Of a stretch of DNA of 64,000 nt, positions 1 through 8,434 are shown piece by piece. Origin of the DNA: an uncultured bacterium (GTDB lineage Bacteria; Abyssobacteria; SURF-5); contig CAZSKP010000012.1 in the NCBI GenBank assembly GCA_964607485.1, positions 1-64,000 of the forward strand, read 5' to 3'. Positions within the stretch are counted from its first letter, which is position 1, and each line of letters starts with the position of its first letter. Below the pieces are notes generated by a model. It saw only the letters and a program-made list of their open reading frames with translations. It searched no databases and had not been told where the DNA came from. The translations under genes were made by a program, and so were the position numbers.

Positions 1-5
1 GCCTG

Positions 6-380
6 TTGGGGGCGGTTGCCGCGGGATCAGTCTATCTGTTCTCTCTTGACCCCTCCGGTTCGACGCTGTATCCCCCCTGCATTTTTCATGCAATGACCGG
101 GCTGTATTGTCCCGGCTGCGGCACGCTGCGCGCGATGCACCAATTACTTCACCTCAATGTCGCGGCGGCGTTTTCTCTGAACCCGCTTGCGGTATTGTCG
201 CTGCCGTTTCTGGGGTACGCTTTTGTGTCTTACGGTATGCTCGGGCTGAGAGGACGACGCTTGCCGAGCGTCTTCGTTCCGCCTGCTTTGATCTGGATAC
301 TGTTAGCGGTTATTATCACCTTCTGGGTGTTGAGAAATATCCCGTTGCACCCATTCGCACTGCTGGCGCCATTGAAGTAG
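6..380 (+). CDS. DUF2752-family membrane protein (5' end may lie upstream of the window)
   Basis: PPCIFHAMTGLYCPGCGTLRA motif, NPLA, hydrophobic helices, C-terminal VLRNIP. Confidence 0.85.
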   Translation: MGAVAAGSVYLFSLDPSGSTLYPPCIFHAMTGLYCPGCGTLRAMHQLLHLNVAAAFSLNPLAVLSLPFLGYAFVSYGMLGLRGRRLPSVFVPPALIWILLAVIITFWVLRNIPLHPFALLAPLK

Positions 381-415
381 GCGCAGGTATCGCACGCAAA
401 CACGGAGGTGAGAAG

Positions 416-1060
416 ATGACTACCATACCAGCCGGCGTTCCCGAGGTGAAAATGGGAGATTGGCTAAGAGAAGGATGGGAAGTGTTCGTGTCCGATGTCG
501 GCATGTTTTTGCTGGCAAGCCTCATCTACAACGTCATAATGTTCACCTGTCTGGGCGGGTTCATACTTTTCGGTCCCTTGACGTGCGGCTTCTACCTGAT
601 GATTTTCGACCGCATGAATGGCGGGCAGGCGGACGTGCGGCGACTCTTCGGGGGGTTCGACGTCTTCGGCCAGGCGTTCCTTGCGGGGCTCATTTTTTTC
701 CTGTTGTCGATGGTAGCCTTGTCTGTTGTTTATGTCGGGTTCATTTTGTGTGTCATCCCCTCGCTCGCCGGAATAGCGCTTTCGGTGCTGATCCAGACGG
801 CGTTCCTTTTCACGTTCCAGCTCATCATTCAAAAAAACATGGACGCCACCGAGGCGATCTCTACGAGCTTCAATAAGGTCAAAGAGAACCTGTGGGAATT
901 CCTTCTGCTCGGGCTGGTGCTCTGGCTGATAAACATGGCGGGATATTGTGTGATGTTGGGATGGCTGTTGACGACGCCTCTGACGCTCGCGGTTTCCGCC
1001 GCGGCATATCGGAGCGTTTTCGGCCTCGAAGCTTCTCAGCCGGAAGTGCAGACGGCTTAA
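416..1060 (+). CDS. Integral membrane protein of unknown function
   Basis: ATG at 416 after GGAGGTG RBS, in frame with ORF 107..1060; several TM helices. Confidence 0.75.
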   Translation: MTTIPAGVPEVKMGDWLREGWEVFVSDVGMFLLASLIYNVIMFTCLGGFILFGPLTCGFYLMIFDRMNGGQADVRRLFGGFDVFGQAFLAGLIFFLLSMVALSVVYVGFILCVIPSLAGIALSVLIQTAFLFTFQLIIQKNMDATEAISTSFNKVKENLWEFLLLGLVLWLINMAGYCVMLGWLLTTPLTLAVSAAAYRSVFGLEASQPEVQTA

Positions 1061-1110
1061 GCCTGAATCATCGGCCTTAGACGGCCCGGCGCATCCCAAG
1101 AACGGAAACG

Positions 1111-1614
1111 ATGGAACGAATGCAAATCAGTTCGCAATCACACGGCGAACATCCAGTATATGCGACACGTTACCCGGACGTCCGCGCGGAAAACAGAGCT
1201 TTCGCGGTGCGGCTCGCGCATGCATGCATCGCCGTTGGGCTGGCGGCCACGCTGCTTCTTTCTCTCTGGCTCAAACCCGACCCGCGAGGGCTGGGAACGC
1301 ACGAGCAGTTGCTGCTCCCGCCCTGCAACTTCCACAGGCTCACCGGGCTGCCGTGTCCGTTCTGCGGCATGACGACAGCATTCGCGCACATGGCGCGGGG
1401 CGAGGTGCGCGAGGCGCTCATGGCGCAGCCGCTCGGCGCCCTGGGGTTCGTCGTCTGCGTGTTGCTTCTTCCGGTGAGCATATGGGCTGCCGTTCGGGGG
1501 CAAAACGTCCTCGCGGCGGCGATGCGACTCCCATGGTACAGGCTTTCGTGGGCGATGCTCGCGCTGGCGGGCGCCGCCTGGCTGTTCAAGATTGCGGTCA
1601 CCCTGACAGGCTGA
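1111..1614 (+). CDS. DUF2752-family membrane protein
   Basis: GTHEQLLLPPCNFHRLTGLPCPFCGMTTAF motif. Confidence 0.85.
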   Translation: MERMQISSQSHGEHPVYATRYPDVRAENRAFAVRLAHACIAVGLAATLLLSLWLKPDPRGLGTHEQLLLPPCNFHRLTGLPCPFCGMTTAFAHMARGEVREALMAQPLGALGFVVCVLLLPVSIWAAVRGQNVLAAAMRLPWYRLSWAMLALAGAAWLFKIAVTLTG

Positions 1615-1656
1615 AATTCCGTCCGATGACTGCGTACGCCACTATATAGTCACAAG

Positions 1657-2010
1657 ATGACCGAGCAACTTCCAGACACATCCGGCATGGAGACGACCCC
1701 GCAGCCCGTGCCGCCCGTGACGCCTCGGCCGCAACCGCTGTCGCCGAGCGGATACGCGATCACCGCCTTCGTTCTTGGAATCCTCTCCTTCGTCACGTGC
1801 GGTCCGTGTGCAGGGATACCGGCGTTCATCATCGGCATGGTCGAGCTGCGCAGCATAAAGAATCGCACCTCGTCCGTCGAGGGCCGACCGTTTGCCCTGG
1901 CCGGAGCGATCTTGGGCGGAATAAGCTCGGCGCTCGCGATTCTCATAATCATGTTCTATTTCGTGTTCATCCTGATTGCTATCCTTGCGCACGGCTCGTT
2001 CGGGCCGTAA
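1657..2010 (+). CDS. DUF4190-like membrane protein
   Basis: Pro-rich N-terminus, then AITAFVLGILS...GIPAFIIG...GRPFALAGAILG. Confidence 0.8.
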   Translation: MTEQLPDTSGMETTPQPVPPVTPRPQPLSPSGYAITAFVLGILSFVTCGPCAGIPAFIIGMVELRSIKNRTSSVEGRPFALAGAILGGISSALAILIIMFYFVFILIAILAHGSFGP

Positions 2011-2082
2011 TGAAGCCGTTACATCCACACATTATGGGAAAGATGGTAATGCACAGTGACCGACCATCTATGTGGAGGAGAC

Positions 2083-2622
2083 ATGTCTGAGCTCAAAAAC
2101 AGGGACAACTATATACTGCTGCCAAATAGCGACGCTCATAACTGTTTCGGATGCAGCCCCGTAAATTCCTCGGGACTGCAAATGAAAATCTACACGAATC
2201 GAGAAACCGACGTAGTGGCATCATGGTTGTCGGTTCCCGGCGCCTTCTCCGGTTGGGCCAACTTTGCCCATGGAGGCATCATATCAACCATACTCGATGA
2301 AGTTATGGGGTGGGCCGGTCTCGTGATACTGCGAAAGCTTGTCGTTTCAAAATCGACGACTGTTGATTATTTGAAGCCCGTCTTTATAGACAGCGAGATA
2401 AGAGCTGAGGGGAGCGTGCTCAGAGTCAACAGCGAAAGAGAAGGCGTGATGCAGGGATGCATCTATAACGACAGCGGCGAGGTGTGCGCAAAGTCCTCCA
2501 GCGTTGTTTCGCTCTTTACCATCGAAGCCCTCAGAAAAATGGGCGCCACGGACGAGGAAATGCTCAGCGGCATCGAGCAGGTCATAAACGCGAGCAACGA
2601 AATATCCCAGTCACAGGAATAA
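2083..2622 (+). CDS. PaaI-family (hotdog fold) thioesterase
   Basis: CFGCSPVNSSGL and AHGGIISTILDEVMG motifs; GGAGGAG RBS before ATG 2083. Confidence 0.85.
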   Translation: MSELKNRDNYILLPNSDAHNCFGCSPVNSSGLQMKIYTNRETDVVASWLSVPGAFSGWANFAHGGIISTILDEVMGWAGLVILRKLVVSKSTTVDYLKPVFIDSEIRAEGSVLRVNSEREGVMQGCIYNDSGEVCAKSSSVVSLFTIEALRKMGATDEEMLSGIEQVINASNEISQSQE

Positions 2623-2729
2623 CGCCTCCATTCATCCCTCTTCTCAACCAGAGTTCACATCATCATTTCTCATAATTGTCCGACATCAGCGATTCATCTG
2701 ATTGCTCCGGTCAAGGAGCGATTGCTCAC

Positions 2730-2774
2730 TTGACATGATGGGCAGTTCTGTGTTATATTGCTAATTGGCGATAT
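2730..2774 (+). promoter_or_regulatory. sigma70-type promoter of arsR with overlapping imperfect palindrome (candidate ArsR operator 1)
   Basis: TTGACA 2730-2735, TATATT 2754-2759; palindrome ATATTGCTAATTGGCGATAT 2755-2774. Confidence 0.6.
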
Positions 2775-2777
2775 ATT

Positions 2778-3140
2778 ATGGAACAGATACGAGAGTACAC
2801 AAAGGTCTTCAAGGCGCTGGCGGACAGAAACCGGGCGCGCATTCTCAAGATGCTGGAGGACCACGAGCTGTGCGTCTGCCAGATTGAGGCGGTGCTGGGA
2901 TTGAAGCAGTCCACCGTTTCCAAGCATCTCTCGGTCCTCAAGAAGGCGGGCCTGGTAGAGGCCAGGCGCAACGGCACGTGGGTCTTTTACAGCCTCTCCC
3001 GCCGAAGACGCAACGACTTCGACCAGGCACAGTTGGGGTTGATGCGCAACTGGCTGAACGCCGACCCCTCCGTCCGGTCGGACCGGGCGAAATTGAAGGA
3101 AGTTTTGAAGATAGATATTCGCGAGCTGTGCCGCGGCTGA
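2778..3140 (+). CDS. arsR: ArsR/SmtB transcriptional repressor
   Basis: FKALADRNRARIL, ELCVC metal box, QSTVSKHLSVLK HTH; upstream of acr3. Confidence 0.92.
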   Translation: MEQIREYTKVFKALADRNRARILKMLEDHELCVCQIEAVLGLKQSTVSKHLSVLKKAGLVEARRNGTWVFYSLSRRRRNDFDQAQLGLMRNWLNADPSVRSDRAKLKEVLKIDIRELCRG

Positions 3141-3156
3141 TTTTTGTGTTCCGAAT

Positions 3157-3179
3157 ACATCGCCGGATGGCGATATAAT
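3157..3179 (+). promoter_or_regulatory. Candidate ArsR operator 2 overlapping a TATAAT -10 box upstream of acr3
   Basis: ACATCGCCGGATGGCGATAT 3157-3176 resembles operator 1; TATAAT 3174-3179. Confidence 0.55.
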
Positions 3180-3230
3180 ATTTCAACAAAGCACAAAAAT
3201 CGATAGCTTGGAAATAACGGAGGCTGTTTG

Positions 3231-4475
3231 ATGGCAAGACCGGCCAACGAGGGCAACGCCAAGGGATTGAGCGTATTCGAGAAGTACCTGTCGGTATGGG
3301 TGGTGTGCTGCATCGTCGCGGGCATCCTGCTCGGCAAGGTCGCGCCTGAGCTGGCGCGATGGCTCGACGGAATCGCAATTTACGTGGGCGGCGCGCCGGT
3401 GGTTTCGATCCCGATCGCGGTCTGCCTGTTCTTCATGATGTATCCCATCATGGTCAAGATCGACTTCGCCGAGGTCGTCAAGGCGGGCAAGAGCGTCAAG
3501 CCGGTCGGCCTCACGCTGTTCGTGAACTGGGCGGTCAAGCCTTTCAGCATGTACGCGATTTCGCTCCTGTTTCTCGGGGTGGTGTTCAGGGGCCTGATAG
3601 GCGCGGAGGCCGTGGACTACGTCAAGATGCCGTTCGGCCTCGACCTGCCCGTGGGGGCGATGTACGGCGCGGGGAAAGTGGTGTTGGTGGGGAGCGTCAA
3701 GATGCTGCAGGTGCCCCTGTGGCGCAGCTACCTTGCCGGGTGCATCCTCCTCGGCATTGCTCCATGCACGGCGATGGTGCTCGTGTGGGGGTACCTCGCC
3801 CGCGGGAACGATGGCCACACGCTCGTCATGGTCGCCATCAATTCTCTCACGATGCTGGTGCTTTACGGCGTGCTCGGCGGCTTTCTGCTGGGAGTAGGCC
3901 GCCTGCCCGTGCCGTGGCAGGCGTTGTTTCTTTCCATCGGCATCTATGTCGCCCTGCCGCTCGTGGTGGGGTATCTGTCGAGAAGATGGATTATCGCCGC
4001 CAAAGGCGAGGCGTGGTTCAAACAGAAATTTCTCCATCTCCTCACCCCTATCACGATTGTCGCGCTGCTCATCACGCTGGTGCTCCTGTTCTCGTTCAAG
4101 GGCGACGTAATCCTTTCCAACCCGCTGACGATTCTGTGGATCGCCGTGCCGCTGTTCATCCAGACAAACGTGATTTTTCTGCTCGGATATGGCCTGTCGA
4201 AGGTACTGAACCTGTCGTACGAGGACGCGGCCCCGAGCGCGATGATAGGCGCGTCGAACCACTTCGAGGTCGCCATAGCCACGGCCACGATGCTGTTCGG
4301 CCTTTCGAGCGGCGCGGCGCTCGCGACGGTGGTCGGCGTGCTGATAGAGGTTCCCGTGATGCTGATGCTCGTCGGGTTCTGCAAGCGCACGGCGGGCTGG
4401 TTCAGAGCCCCGGCGGGGGCAACCGAGGCGGCCGAGCTGCAACTGAGCGGGTCGGCGCCGATGGAGGAACGATGA
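3231..4475 (+). CDS. acr3: ACR3-family arsenite efflux permease
   Basis: [56 protein letters not shown]. Confidence 0.95.
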   Translation: MARPANEGNAKGLSVFEKYLSVWVVCCIVAGILLGKVAPELARWLDGIAIYVGGAPVVSIPIAVCLFFMMYPIMVKIDFAEVVKAGKSVKPVGLTLFVNWAVKPFSMYAISLLFLGVVFRGLIGAEAVDYVKMPFGLDLPVGAMYGAGKVVLVGSVKMLQVPLWRSYLAGCILLGIAPCTAMVLVWGYLARGNDGHTLVMVAINSLTMLVLYGVLGGFLLGVGRLPVPWQALFLSIGIYVALPLVVGYLSRRWIIAAKGEAWFKQKFLHLLTPITIVALLITLVLLFSFKGDVILSNPLTILWIAVPLFIQTNVIFLLGYGLSKVLNLSYEDAAPSAMIGASNHFEVAIATATMLFGLSSGAALATVVGVLIEVPVMLMLVGFCKRTAGWFRAPAGATEAAELQLSGSAPMEER

Positions 4476-4867
4476 AACGAGTGCTGTTTGTCTGCGTGCG
4501 CAATTCCTGCCGGTCACAGATGGCCGAGGGCTTCGCGAAAAAACTCGGCGCGGACTTCGTCGAGGCCCACAGCGCGGGCTCGGAGCCCTCGGGCGTCGTC
4601 AACCCCATGTCCATCGCCGCCATGAAGGATGCGGGCATCGACATTTCATCGCATTGGTCGAAAGGATTCGACGAGCTGCCGCCGGGCGAATGGGACACCA
4701 TCGTCACGATGGGCTGCGGCGACGCCTGCCCCTTTCTTCCCGCCAAGCTGCGGCTCGACTGGGACCTGCCCGACCCTCGCGGACTGTCCCAGGCCGAATT
4801 CAACACCATCCGCGACGAAACCCGCCAGCGCGTGAGCAAGCTGTTAGAACGGCTTCGCACAGAATAA
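4472..4867 (+). CDS. arsC: Arsenate reductase, LMW-PTPase (thioredoxin-type) family
   Basis: ATG overlaps the acr3 stop (ATGA); [33 protein letters not shown]. Confidence 0.92.
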   Translation: MKRVLFVCVRNSCRSQMAEGFAKKLGADFVEAHSAGSEPSGVVNPMSIAAMKDAGIDISSHWSKGFDELPPGEWDTIVTMGCGDACPFLPAKLRLDWDLPDPRGLSQAEFNTIRDETRQRVSKLLERLRTE

Positions 4868-4910
4868 TCACCACCGCTCCTTCCTTCCAATTCGCCGGAA
4901 ATCAGGCATA

Positions 4911-4939
4911 TTGACAAGGGTCACCCGGTCTGGTATAGA
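4911..4939 (+). promoter_or_regulatory. sigma70-type promoter of the deaminase gene
   Basis: TTGACA-17 bp-TATAGA with extended TG. Confidence 0.5.
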
Positions 4940-4997
4940 ATGCGGCGGTGTGTGGGTTCGACCGTAATCGCGATGAGAAGCTCATCCGAGGCGCGGA

Positions 4998-5393
4998 ATG
5001 GGATTCCAACCAATTGACAGCGAAGACCGGCGGCTGATCGACGCGGCGACCGAGGTTCTGCGGAAGCGGCATCATCCGCCGCGGCATACCGTCGCCGCCA
5101 TTGTTCTCACCGACTCGGGACGGGTATATGCCGGCGTGAATATCGAGGCGGCCGGCTACGGCCCCTGTGCGGAACCCATCGCCATCGGCCGCGCCATCAC
5201 CGACGGCGACGCGGGCATCAAGACCATCGTGGCCGTTTCGAAGGACGGCGTCATTTCGCCGTGCGGAAACTGCCGTCAGTTGATCCTCGACTACGCGCCC
5301 GACGCCATGGTGATTTTCAAGGACGGCGGAGACATCGTGAAAACCCGCGCCCGCGACCTCTTGCCGGGACATTATACATCGCCATTCGACTAA
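4998..5393 (+). CDS. Cytidine deaminase family protein (three-Cys Zn site; blasticidin-S-deaminase-like)
   Basis: GPCAEPIAIG and SPCGNCRQLILDYAP motifs. Confidence 0.85.
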   Translation: MGFQPIDSEDRRLIDAATEVLRKRHHPPRHTVAAIVLTDSGRVYAGVNIEAAGYGPCAEPIAIGRAITDGDAGIKTIVAVSKDGVISPCGNCRQLILDYAPDAMVIFKDGGDIVKTRARDLLPGHYTSPFD

Positions 5394-5424
5394 TGAGGCA
5401 TGCAAGAATAATGTTCTAAACGAT

Positions 5425-5451
5425 GTCGTACTGAGCGAAGCAAGGAATCTC
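5425..5451. repeat. Half copy of the GTCAT...ATGAC palindromic repeat
   Basis: gtcgtactgagcgaagcaaggaatctc resembles the arms at 7757, 10720 and 41069. Confidence 0.5.
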
Positions 5452-5460
5452 GCGTTTAGG

Positions 5461-5568
5461 CCAGACTTCTCCGACCTCGGTCGCTTCCCCCAGCCCCAAT
5501 TCAACACCATCCGCGACGAAATCCGCAAGCGGGTGAGCGACCTTATTGACAAGCTAAAAGCCTACTAG
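5461..5568 (+). pseudogene. Orphan 3' remnant of a second arsC
   Basis: Translates PDFSDLGRFPQPQFNTIRDEIRKRVSDLIDKLKAY* versus ArsC ...[32 protein letters not shown]; 24 bp identical to 4797-4820. Confidence 0.75.
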
Positions 5569-5763
5569 AGCCCCATAGTCTTGAGAAGATAGATTCTGCA
5601 AAGACCTTCCCTTCGCTGCACTGGCCCTTCCGCACTCCTTTCTATATCAAGCTATAATAAGGATTTGCATCTTCGCCAGATTTACTCATTTGACAAATTA
5701 TAATTTAAATGATAAAAAGTGCTTTTAGTTCATAATATTTAACCAAATTAAGGAGGAGAAATC

Positions 5764-7125
5764 ATGAAAACCCTGACACCAATTCTTGTAGTGGTTACTC
5801 TGGTCTCATTGATTTCCGTTTCTCCGGCCGCAACTGCCTCTACCCTTTATGTTGGCCCGGGCGAGACCTACACCGAGATTCAGCCGGCCATAGACGCGGC
5901 CGTTGACGGCGTTGATACTGTCGTTGTGCGCGATGGCACGTATACCGGCGCCGACAACAAAAACCTTGATTTCGGCGGCAAGGCAATCACCTTAGAGTCC
6001 GAGAATGGACCCGACAGTTGTGTTATTGACTGTGAATATAGCGGTAGAGGGTTTACTTTTCATAACGGGGAAACATCAAGTGCCGTGCTTGATGGTTTCA
6101 CGATAACCAACGGCTCCGGCGTTGATCGAGGAGGAGCGATACATTGCGACAACGGATCTTCTCCGACAATAGCTAACTGTGTCATTACAGGAAACACGGC
6201 GAGCGCCGGCGACGGTGGGGGATTCTGGCTAGGCCACGGCTCCTCGCCGCATGTTAAGAACTGCCTCATCAAAAATAATTCTTGCGTCTCCGCGGGCGGC
6301 GGTGCGTTCCTATGCTATAGAAGCTCCAATCCTATCATTGAAAACTGTACCATAGTAGAAAACACGGCTCCATCTGTTAACCCTCTTCCCATTGGCAATG
6401 GAATCTACGGTATGATCGGCGGGGGAATTTATGTAGATGGTTCCCATGTAACCTTGACAAACAGCATTGTGTGGGGCAATGTAGCTGGCAGAAACGGCGA
6501 TCAGATAGCCGTTATAGACATCCAAGGTCCCTCTTCAATCACCGTTAGTTATAGCGATGTGCAAGGTGGCGTCTCGGAGATTTATAACCACGGTTCCGCT
6601 GTAAATTGGCTTGCCGGCAATATCGATTTAAATCCACTTTTTTTGGACGCGGGAGACTACCATCTTCAGTCCTGCTCACCTTGCATTGACAAGGGCGACT
6701 CCGTGTCGCCCTACTCAAGCGAGCCGTTACCAAATGGTGCGCTGATAAACATGGGCGCATATGGCAATACCGCAGAGGCAACTGACAGCAGCCAGATAAT
6801 TGACGATGATGGCGATGGATTCTCTGAGTGCGAGAACGATTGCGATGATACGCCCTGTCCGGGTGATCCGAGCATGTGCTATTACCCGCCATCAGGGCCA
6901 TGGGTAAATCCGGACGCGCCAGAGCTTCCGGGAAACCTTGTTGATGAAAACTGTGATGGTTCTCTCGGAGCATGTAATCCAAATGCGGAGTGGAAAAACC
7001 ATGGTCAATATGTTCGTTGCGTCGCACACGAGACTGACGCGCTCATCGAAGCCGGATACCTCACACAGGAGGAAGGGGATGAGTTGATAAGCTCGGCAGC
7101 GCAATCAAATGTTGGTAAGAAGTGA
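5764..7125 (+). CDS. Secreted right-handed beta-helix (pectin-lyase-like) protein with a C-terminal Asp/Cys-rich putative metal-binding (MopE-like) repeat
   Basis: Signal peptide, YTEIQPAIDAA, GG(A/G)I repeats, DYHLQSCSPCIDKG, DDDGDGFSECENDCDD...DENCDG; AAGGAGG RBS. Confidence 0.75.
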   Translation: MKTLTPILVVVTLVSLISVSPAATASTLYVGPGETYTEIQPAIDAAVDGVDTVVVRDGTYTGADNKNLDFGGKAITLESENGPDSCVIDCEYSGRGFTFHNGETSSAVLDGFTITNGSGVDRGGAIHCDNGSSPTIANCVITGNTASAGDGGGFWLGHGSSPHVKNCLIKNNSCVSAGGGAFLCYRSSNPIIENCTIVENTAPSVNPLPIGNGIYGMIGGGIYVDGSHVTLTNSIVWGNVAGRNGDQIAVIDIQGPSSITVSYSDVQGGVSEIYNHGSAVNWLAGNIDLNPLFLDAGDYHLQSCSPCIDKGDSVSPYSSEPLPNGALINMGAYGNTAEATDSSQIIDDDGDGFSECENDCDDTPCPGDPSMCYYPPSGPWVNPDAPELPGNLVDENCDGSLGACNPNAEWKNHGQYVRCVAHETDALIEAGYLTQEEGDELISSAAQSNVGKK

Positions 7126-7147
7126 GTTCTGAAGCCGAGATTCCAAC

Positions 7148-7186
7148 AAAGCGAGGGCATGCCATTGTGCCCTCGCTTTTTCTTTT
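7148..7186 (+). terminator. Rho-independent terminator
   Basis: GCGAGGGCA/TGCCCTCGC stem followed by TTTTTCTTTT. Confidence 0.8.
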
Positions 7187-7441
7187 ATATAGTGCAATCT
7201 CTCCTCCACCCCTTCCAACTTGATAAAATACATTATCAAGAATACAATAGGTGTATGAGTATTCTCAGAGGAAGAACCATCCACCGGCGTGGTCGGCGCC
7301 GCATCGCATGCAGGGGCCACGTGCGCAGGACTGACAGTTGACCTTTCCCGTTCTGTTCCACCGTGATTCTAAGCCTCCGATGCAATGTCCAATCAGCGCG
7401 TTGCCCGAGCCCAAAACGCTGTCGTCCTCACCAAAAGCCAC

Positions 7442-7493
7442 GTGTAGGTGCGAATTCATTCTCACAATTTGGTCGAACGAATATGTCCTTACG
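7442..7493. repeat. GTAG-type REP doublet (degenerate)
   Basis: gtgtaggtgcgaattcattctcaca; homologous inverted copy at 38026-38088. Confidence 0.65.
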
Positions 7494-7756
7494 TCCTTAT
7501 CTTGGAAATAGGCCACAATCTGTTGACACCTCTCCGCCCCGGAAATTATAATCGAGTCGAGAAACAAGATCAGGAATTTTCAACCACGGGGAGCACGGAG
7601 AACACGGGGAATGACCTCATTTTTTGGATTTTCTTCTTCTCCGCATTTCTCGCTTTGCGACCTTTGCGCCTTCGCGGTGAAAAAAGGGTTTTCTCGGGCA
7701 GAAATGATTGTCTATCAGGTATGAAACGCAACACTGGCAGTATTTCCGCAACACTT

Positions 7757-7907
7757 TGTCATGCTGAGCAAAGCGAAGTATCTCGTCGTATGATGTGGAG
7801 AGATTCTTCGGTCGCTTCGCTCTCTCAGAATGACAGACAGAGAGAAGGCGCCCAGAATGACAGAGAGTAGAAGCCCAGAATGACAGAGAGTAGAAGCCCA
7901 GAATGAC
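7757..7907. repeat. GTCAT...ATGAC palindromic element whose right arm is tandemly expanded (23-bp unit CCCAGAATGACAGAGAGTAGAAG)
   Basis: Element 7757-7835; CAGAATGAC occurs four times; exact units 7851-7873 and 7874-7896, partial unit to 7907. Confidence 0.8.
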
Positions 7908-7975
7908 GAAGTGAAGGATCTCGGAATAACAGCGAGACTGAGCTACCTAACAAGCGCTGAGGGAGGCGGCACATC

Positions 7976-8356
7976 GTGAAACTCGAAATTTGCATCGACG
8001 TGGACGACGTGGATCGCGCGGTCGAGTTCTACGGCAAAGGCCTCGGCCTCGTTGTGGCGGAACATCATGCCGATTGGGCGCAACTAAAACTGAACGAGCA
8101 GACCTTCTGGATCGTGAGGATCGAGCCGGGACCGGACGGCCCGATCTCACGCGACTATCGCCGCCACTGGACGCCGATACATCTGGATTTCATAGTGGAC
8201 GACCTCAAAGAGGCGGTAAAGCGCGCCCTTGCAGCCGGTGGCCGGCTCGATCGTGAGATCAACACTCAGGTTGAACCATTGGGGAATAGCGCCGACGTTG
8301 CGAATCTTGCCGACCCGGCTGGCAACGGAATCGACTTGCTTCAACGTCGCGAGTAG
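7976..8356 (+). CDS. VOC/glyoxalase family protein
   Basis: IDVDDVDRAVEFY, RDYRRHWTPIHLDF, ADPAGNGIDL. Confidence 0.85.
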   Translation: MKLEICIDVDDVDRAVEFYGKGLGLVVAEHHADWAQLKLNEQTFWIVRIEPGPDGPISRDYRRHWTPIHLDFIVDDLKEAVKRALAAGGRLDREINTQVEPLGNSADVANLADPAGNGIDLLQRRE

Positions 8357-8434
8357 AATGCAGACGGCAATGACATCTTTGCCGAGACTTCTTATTGAAA
8401 CGCCATTGTCTCCCGGTGTTGATAGGAGTGTCAG

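Noticed and set aside
3359-4471. Apparent 502-aa ArsC with a long N-terminal extension
   Set aside because: The extension is an alternative frame of acr3; the credible start is ATG 4472 after GGAGG
7824-7907. Possible mini CRISPR array
   Set aside because: Units are 23-bp head-to-tail tandem copies with no unique spacers, they derive from a palindromic repeat arm, and no cas genes are present
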